Below are positions 58,255-64,000 of a DNA stretch of 64,000 nt, piece by piece. The position numbers and the translations under genes were made by a program. The stretch is from assembly GCA_945860865.1 (NCBI GenBank), contig CAMARW010000008.1, positions 51,897 to 115,896 of the forward strand, in the 5' to 3' direction. Source of the DNA: Chitinophaga pinensis. Its GTDB lineage: Bacteria > Bacteroidota > Bacteroidia > UKL13-3. The notes under the pieces are model-generated. The model searched no databases, had not been told where the DNA came from, and was given only the letters and a program-made list of their open reading frames with translations. Each line of letters starts with the position of its first letter. The first letter of the stretch is position 1.

Positions 58255-59640
58255 ATGATTGATACCAATTATTTTACTGAAAACAAAGACCGTTTTTTAA
58301 CCGAGTTATTAGCCTTGTTGCGCATTCCTTCTATTAGTGCAGATTCTGCTTATAAATCGGATGTAATAGCTGCAGCAAACTTTATCAAAGACAAGTTAAT
58401 TATAGCGGGTGCCGATAAAGTAGAGGTTTGCGAAACAGCCGGTAATCCAATTGTATACGGAGAGAAAATGATTGATCCTAATTTGCCTACGGTTTTGGTT
58501 TACGGCCATTACGATGTACAACCAGCCGTACCATTAGAATTATGGGAAACGCCTCCGTTTGAACCTACCATTCGCCAAACCGCTATACACCCTGATGGTG
58601 CCATATTTGCCCGCGGTGCTTGCGATGATAAAGGACAGGTTTATATGCATGTTAAGGCTTTTGAAATGATGATGGCTACCCAAACTTTGCCTTGTAATGT
58701 AAAGTTTATGATTGAAGGCGAAGAAGAAGTTGGATCAACCCATTTAGGTCCGTTTTGCATAGCCAATAAAGAGCGTTTAAAAGCAGATGTTGTGCTTATT
58801 TCAGATACATCTATCATTGCCAATGATAGTCCAAGTATAGATTGCGGCTTGCGCGGATTAAGTTATGTAGAAGTTGAAGTTATGGGTCCAAACCGCGATT
58901 TGCACAGCGGAGTGTATGGCGGCGCTGTTGCCAATCCCATAAATGTTTTGGCTAAAATGATTGCCAGCATGCACGATGAGAACAACCACATCGCTATCCC
59001 TGGTTTTTACGATTTGGTTCAGAACTTAACGGATAAAGAAAGAGCAGCCTTAAACGAGGCGCCCTTTGATTTAGAAGCCTATAAAAAAGATTTGGATATA
59101 GCAGCTGTTTGGGGCGAAAATGGATACAATGTTTTGGAAAGAACCGGTATTAGGCCAACCTTAGATTGCAATGGCATTTGGGGCGGTTACATTGGCGAAG
59201 GAGCTAAAACAGTTTTGCCTTCTAAAGCATTTGCCAAAATAAGCATGCGCTTGGTTCCTAACCAAGATTCTGAAACCATTACGCAATTGTTTAAAAAGCA
59301 TTTTGAAAGTATTGCGCCTGCTGGGGTAAAAGTAATTGTGAGGCCGCACCACGGTGGCGAGCCCGTTGTAACTCCGATAGATTCGCCCGCTTATCTAGCT
59401 GCTGAAAAGGCCATGGAAACAACCTTTGGCAAAAAGCCAATTCCTACTAGGGGCGGAGGGAGTATTCCGATAGTGGCTTTATTTGAGCGTGAGTTGGGAT
59501 TAAAATCTGTGTTAATGGGATTTGGTTTAGATAGCGATGCCTTGCATTCGCCCAACGAACATTATGGCTTATTCAATTTTTACAAAGGCATAGAAACCAT
59601 TCCTTATTTCTTTAAGTATTTTACAGAACTTAAAAAATAA
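58255..59640 (+). CDS. M20 family dipeptidase
   Basis: YGHYDVQP, ARGACDDKGQ, EGEEEVGS, DLHSG, HSPNE. -7 box TACTTTTG at 58225-58232. Confidence 0.92.
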   Translation: MIDTNYFTENKDRFLTELLALLRIPSISADSAYKSDVIAAANFIKDKLIIAGADKVEVCETAGNPIVYGEKMIDPNLPTVLVYGHYDVQPAVPLELWETPPFEPTIRQTAIHPDGAIFARGACDDKGQVYMHVKAFEMMMATQTLPCNVKFMIEGEEEVGSTHLGPFCIANKERLKADVVLISDTSIIANDSPSIDCGLRGLSYVEVEVMGPNRDLHSGVYGGAVANPINVLAKMIASMHDENNHIAIPGFYDLVQNLTDKERAALNEAPFDLEAYKKDLDIAAVWGENGYNVLERTGIRPTLDCNGIWGGYIGEGAKTVLPSKAFAKISMRLVPNQDSETITQLFKKHFESIAPAGVKVIVRPHHGGEPVVTPIDSPAYLAAEKAMETTFGKKPIPTRGGGSIPIVALFERELGLKSVLMGFGLDSDALHSPNEHYGLFNFYKGIETIPYFFKYFTELKK

Positions 59641-59689
59641 TACTACTTATTGAAGGCTTGCGTTAGCATTAAACAAATGAAGAAAATAC

Positions 59690-62600
59690 ATGCGGCATTT
59701 AACTAGAGGATATTCCATTTTATGGGCGGTATTATGTTTGCTTTTATTTAATGTTAAAGTAGTAGCACAAAATAATTACGGCTTTGAATGGATTAAACCA
59801 TACCAACCGTATGTTAAAATAAAATTGCTCAAGGAAGGGATTTACCGCATCCAAGCAAGCGATTTGCCAACTTGGGCTACCCAAGACCCACGGAAGTTTC
59901 AGTTGTTTTGTTCAGGTAAAGAGCAACCCATTTTTGTGGCAGGGGAGAATGATGGCGTTTTTGGGTCGGGAGATTTTATTGAATTTTATGGTGCGCCCAA
60001 TGATGGTTTGTTAGACCGAGAAATGTTTACCAGTGCCAATGAGCAAGCGCAAATCTTTAAAAGTTTGTTTTCGGATACTGCCATTTATTTTTTAACGGTT
60101 TTACCCGATAGTAGTGTGCAACTTCCGCAAAGATTTGCTGCCTACAATGAGGCAGATTATACTAATTATACGGCCGAACCTAGTATGCGTGTGCAGCAGC
60201 AAATTGTGCCTCAGGAAGATTATTATTATGGCGCATTTATACCAGCTGAGCAAAAATATTACTTGTCAGAATATGCTGCTGCTGAAGGCATGATGAGTGC
60301 ACTTATTGGACAATCACAATCCAAAATTTACACTTTTGAAACACCTAATAAACTAGCTAATGCCTCGGCCGAGGTGGAGATAAAAATAATTGGTGCTTCC
60401 GATTTTTTTGTACCCAATCCCAGTGTGCCCAATCACCATGTGCGCATATGGATTTTGCCCGATGGGGCAAATGCAAGTGTATTGATAGATACTACTTTTA
60501 GGGGTTATGGCGAGCGTAAATTTAACCGGGTAATTGCAGCCAACTTGTTGGGTGAAACCACTCAGTTTAGGGTAGAAGTGATAAATGATATTGCAGTGGG
60601 TAGCGATTTTATTGGCATATCTTACTTGCAACTAAGCTATAACAGAAACAATTTAGCGCTGGCTAACATCGCTTCATTCTGGCTGCCTAAAACACAAGTG
60701 GGATTAAAAACGCTTGTTCAAATAAATAACTATCCCGGTAATCTTCCTTTGTTGTTTGATTTAACTCAAAAAAGAAGGGTTTTGGCCAACAAAAGCGGCA
60801 CATTTTTACAAGCATTATTGCCTTATAATGGCGCTATTAGTAAAATAATGTTGCAGGATGCTGCCGCTGTTTTTGCGCCAATAAGCATGGTTCCTCATCA
60901 ATTTGTGGTGCCAAACCTACTAGCCAATTACCAATATTTAATTGTTTCTAATAGGCAGTTGCAACAAGGTGCAGAAGCATACCAAGCATACAGAAATAGA
61001 AAGTATAGTACTTACATTGCCTATGCAGAAGATTTAGCTGATTATTATACATACGGACAATTTCACCCGCTGGCTATAAGAAAATTTTGCAAGCATTTAT
61101 TTGATAAACAGCAAAAGGCTCCGCAGTTTTTATTGCTATTAGGCAGAGGCTATCAAAATAATTTATTGAAGCTAAATCCAGAAACCAATGCCTTAAATTT
61201 GGTACCTGCTTATGGAGTTCCCTCATCAGATAATATGTTTACCAACGATTTTGCCACAAATAGCGGAGCGCCAAGCATAGCTACAGGTAGAATACCGGCC
61301 AGCAATTTACAAGAAGTAAACAACTACCTGCAAAAATTAATAAACCTAGAAACCCAATCAGATTCTATTGCTTCTTGGCGAAAAGACTTTCTGCATTTGA
61401 GTGGGGGTTCATTTGAATCGCAGCAAAATGAGTTTAGAAACCAGCTGGCTGCTATAGGCACATCGGTAAGAAGCAGGCCCGTAGGGGCAAGAATTTTCTC
61501 TTACTTTAAACGCAGTTCTGCTCCCACCGAGGGCGATTTAAAATCTGTATTACTTAAGCACCTTAACCAAGGGGTAAATATGATGACCTTTTACGGACAT
61601 GGGTCTTTAACAGTGCTCGATATGGATTTTGGTGGTATTAATGATTTGCAGGTAAATAATAAGCCTGCTTTTTATTATTTTAATGGCTGTAACATCGGTA
61701 ATGCCAACGATGTAGACCCACTAGGCACTGGGTTGGTTTATGGCAAAGATTATATTTGTGCAGCTAACAAAGGCGCTATTGGATGGTTGGCGCATACAAA
61801 TCTTACTTTTACCAACCAATTAAGTTTTCAAATGGGGCAATTATACCAGCAAATGGGTGTTGCCAATTATGGTTTACCCATTGGTTTACAAATTAAACAA
61901 GCGCTTCAATTTACTTCCCAAAGTAATGAGTTATTTGCCCGCTCACACGCATTACAATTGCTGTTACAAGGCGATCCCGCGCATACGCTTTACTCACCCG
62001 CAAAGCCAGATTATCAAATAGAAAATGCAAGCTTGTTTATTAGTCCAAACAATGCAACCGTACAAAGCGATTCTTTGGCTGTGGGTGTAATTGTAAAAAA
62101 CTTAGCCAAAGCAATATTAGATACCATACAAATTCAATTACAGCGCAAACTCCCCAATAACACAGTTCAATTATACGGCCTGAACCAAGTAATTGCGCCG
62201 CACCATACAGATACCTTTTACATTTGGGTAAAGCCCTTGTTAAAAAATGAAATTGGAGACAATTTATTTACGGTTAAAATTAATCCAACACAGCAAGTAG
62301 ATGAGATTAAGTATACCAATAATGAGGCAAGCTTTAATTACTTTTTGCCCGGCAGTGGCGTGCAGGCAATTTATCCAAAACCCTATGCTATAACCAACAA
62401 AGATTCTGTAGAATTGGTAATCCAAAACAACAACCTTTTTGTTGAACCTATGGAGTATCTTTTTGAAATAGATACCAGTGCTACCTTTAGTGGGGGTAGC
62501 GTTTTTTATCAAAAAAGTGCGCCTATTTTGAGCAAACATTTGGTGCGATGGAAAGTTAAAGTAAGCGGAACAGATAGTTTGGTTTACTATTGGCGCGCAA

Positions 62601-64000
62601 AAATAAACTTGCCAGAAAACCAAGGAGGTGTTTGGGTGCAGCAAAGTTTTACCTACATAAATAAGGGTAGAAATGGCTGGCATCAGCAACGGTATGAGCA
62701 AGTAAAAAATGCCAATGCTAAAACTTTTATCCAGTTTGAAGACACCACAAAACGCATCGTATTTAGCAATAATTCACTGGTTTTGGGTATTGAAAATAGG
62801 CGCTGGGATCATAGAGGAATGGGGGTAATTACTCCTTATTTATTAAATGCTGGAGTTGGATCTTGTATTTCTCAAGGAACTGTGGCTTTAGTTTTTGAAC
62901 CCTATCAAGTTGATTTCCCCTATGAATTACCTAATTACCCGTTTAATTGCGCTTTTGTACAAGCCAATAAAAACAACCAAAGTATCCGTTATTATTCATT
63001 TAATACAAATGTTTTAGAAGGTCAACAAGATTTAGCGCGCTTTGTAGATTCTATACCCAAAGGATATTATGTAGCTATGTTTTCTAGGTATAGCAGTGGT
63101 GCGCCCAATTGGATACCAGCACTAAAAGGTCAATTTGCTAAAATTGGTTCGGTAAAAGTGCCACAAATTTTAAATCCTAATTCAGCCTGGGCATTAATTG
63201 GAATTAAAGGGGAAGAACCTGGCAGGGCAATTGAAGATACCGTCACTAATAATGAACTTCAAAACACCCCAAATTTGCCTCCCGGACCAACAGATCCTCA
63301 AGATGTGATTAATTTAGATATTCGAAGAGAGTTAATTTTAAAATGGTATACCGGTAGTTTTACCTCGCAAGCTATTGGTCCGGCTACCAAATACAGTCAG
63401 TTAAACCTGCTTTTATCTGAACCAGACCCAAGCATTAGTGGCAGGTGGTGGTTAGATGTTATAGGAATTAATAAGCAAGGAAAAGATACGTTTATTTTTA
63501 GAAATCAAACCCAAACGCAGATAGATTTAAGTAGCATTGATGCTAAAAAATATCCATATTTAAAGCTGCAATTAGGGTTTGTAGATAGTACTTATAGAAC
63601 GCCCCATCAGGTAAAATATTGGCAGGTTTTGTATGAAGGTGGACCCGAGTTGAGTGTAGATGTAAATGCACAATATGCTTTTCATGCAAATAGCATAGAA
63701 AGAGGTGATAGTTTGCGCTTAACCTTGCCTATAGTAAATCTAGGAGAAAGCAGCGCAGATACTACAGAAGCTTTGTTTGAAATTTTAGATGAATCTCGAA
63801 AAATTCCCTATTCAAATTGGGTAAAAGTGCCTCCCATTTTAGCCAACGAAAGCGCTTTGGTTCGAACCAAAATACCCACGCAGTTATTAAGTGGAAAAAA
63901 CACTTTGCAGGTAAATGTAAATGCGAATAGAGCTGTTGAGGAATGGAGTTATTTGAATAATTTTTTAAAGCAAGATTTCACCGTAAATGCCGATGTTCAA
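59690..64000 (+). CDS. C25 (gingipain/PorU-like) cysteine peptidase, T9SS-associated (3'-truncated by window)
   Basis: Own translation: MRHLTRGYSILWAVLCLLLFNVKVVAQNNYGFEWI...EGIYRI, catalytic-type MMTFYGHGS (61580) and FNGCNIG, LLQGDP. The same frame gives coherent sequence at the start, middle and window end. Confidence 0.85.
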   Translation, partial: MRHLTRGYSILWAVLCLLLFNVKVVAQNNYGFEWIKPYQPYVKIKLLKEGIYRIQASDLPTWATQDPRKFQLFCSGKEQPIFVAGENDGVFGSGDFIEFYGAPNDGLLDREMFTSANEQAQIFKSLFSDTAIYFLTVLPDSSVQLPQRFAAYNEADYTNYTAEPSMRVQQQIVPQEDYYYGAFIPAEQKYYLSEYAAAEGMMSALIGQSQSKIYTFETPNKLANASAEVEIKIIGASDFFVPNPSVPNHHVRIWILPDGANASVLIDTTFRGYGERKFNRVIAANLLGETTQFRVEVINDIAVGSDFIGISYLQLSYNRNNLALANIASFWLPKTQVGLKTLVQINNYPGNLPLLFDLTQKRRVLANKSGTFLQALLPYNGAISKIMLQDAAAVFAPISMVPHQFVVPNLLANYQYLIVSNRQLQQGAEAYQAYRNRKYSTYIAYAEDLADYYTYGQFHPLAIRKFCKHLFDKQQKAPQFLLLLGRGYQNNLLKLNPETNALNLVPAYGVPSSDNMFTNDFATNSGAPSIATGRIPASNLQEVNNYLQKLINLETQSDSIASWRKDFLHLSGGSFESQQNEFRNQLAAIGTSVRSRPVGARIFSYFKRSSAPTEGDLKSVLLKHLNQGVNMMTFYGHGSLTVLDMDFGGINDLQVNNKPAFYYFNGCNIGNANDVDPLGTGLVYGKDYICAANKGAIGWLAHTNLTFTNQLSFQMGQLYQQMGVANYGLPIGLQIKQALQFTSQSNELFARSHALQLLLQGDPAHTLYSPAKPDYQIENASLFISPNNATVQSDSLAVGVIVKNLAKAILDTIQIQLQRKLPNNTVQLYGLNQVIAPHHTDTFYIWVKPLLKNEIGDNLFTVKINPTQQVDEIKYTNNEASFNYFLPGSGVQAIYPKPYAITNKDSVELVIQNNNLFVEPMEYLFEIDTSATFSGGSVFYQKSAPILSKHLVRWKVKVSGTDSLVYYWRAKINLPENQGGVWVQQSFTYINKGRNGWHQQRYEQVKNANAKTFIQFEDTTKRIVFSNNSLVLGIENRRWDHRGMGVITPYLLNAGVGSCISQGTVALVFEPYQVDFPYELPNYPFNCAFVQANKNNQSIRYYSFNTNVLEGQQDLARFVDSIPKGYYVAMFSRYSSGAPNWIPALKGQFAKIGSVKVPQILNPNSAWALIGIKGEEPGRAIEDTVTNNELQNTPNLPPGPTDPQDVINLDIRRELILKWYTGSFTSQAIGPATKYSQLNLLLSEPDPSISGRWWLDVIGINKQGKDTFIFRNQTQTQIDLSSIDAKKYPYLKLQLGFVDSTYRTPHQVKYWQVLYEGGPELSVDVNAQYAFHANSIERGDSLRLTLPIVNLGESSADTTEALFEILDESRKIPYSNWVKVPPILANESALVRTKIPTQLLSGKNTLQVNVNANRAVEEWSYLNNFLKQDFTVNADVQ
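63856..63871. repeat. Dispersed palindrome TTTGGTTCGAACCAAA (copy 6)
   Basis: Exact 16-bp palindrome inside the C25 gene (encodes LVRTK). Confidence 0.85.

Noticed and set aside
59677-59706. Mini-ORF MKKIHAAFN overlapping the C25 gene start
   Set aside because: Nine codons with no regulatory hallmark. ATG 59690 already gives a complete signal peptide, so no frameshift is needed
4807-63871. Palindrome copies as a CRISPR array, REP elements or IS ends
   Set aside because: Copies are 10-16 bp and kilobases apart, with no regular spacers, shared flanks, cas genes or transposase

Overview
AT-rich (roughly 35-37% GC by eye), tightly packed chromosomal region of a Bacteroidota bacterium. The assignment rests on T9SS cargo proteins with type A and type B C-terminal domains, TAnnTTTG promoter boxes, and the nusB-DUF1573-yajC-coaE gene order. 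About 44 CDS are present. Most are housekeeping (sua5, mtaB, kdsB, lon, ribBA, queE, gatB, pfkA, nusB, coaE, pcrA/uvrD). The rest include two giant paralogous beta-helix T9SS proteins, a PKD/type-B-CTD protein, a probable T9SS plug, and a C25/PorU-like gene running off the 3' end that the ORF track omits. I saw no rRNA, tRNA, CRISPR array, IS or prophage. The main unexplained signal is a dispersed palindrome, GGTTCGAACC: at least 6 perfect copies, often extended to TTGGTTCGAACCAA, plus about 18 GGTTCRRRCC variants. Copies fall in all three codon phases and in intergenic DNA, which resembles a HIP1/DUS/nucleoid-site-type chromosomal signal. Other notable items are an orphan T9SS CTD gene remnant, a glycosyltransferase resembling animal chondroitin/beta4-GalNAc transferases, a stand-alone RsmH paralog, two head-to-head start-codon overlaps and a Pho-box-like repeat. 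All counts were made by eye and all family assignments come from motif recognition, not database searches.
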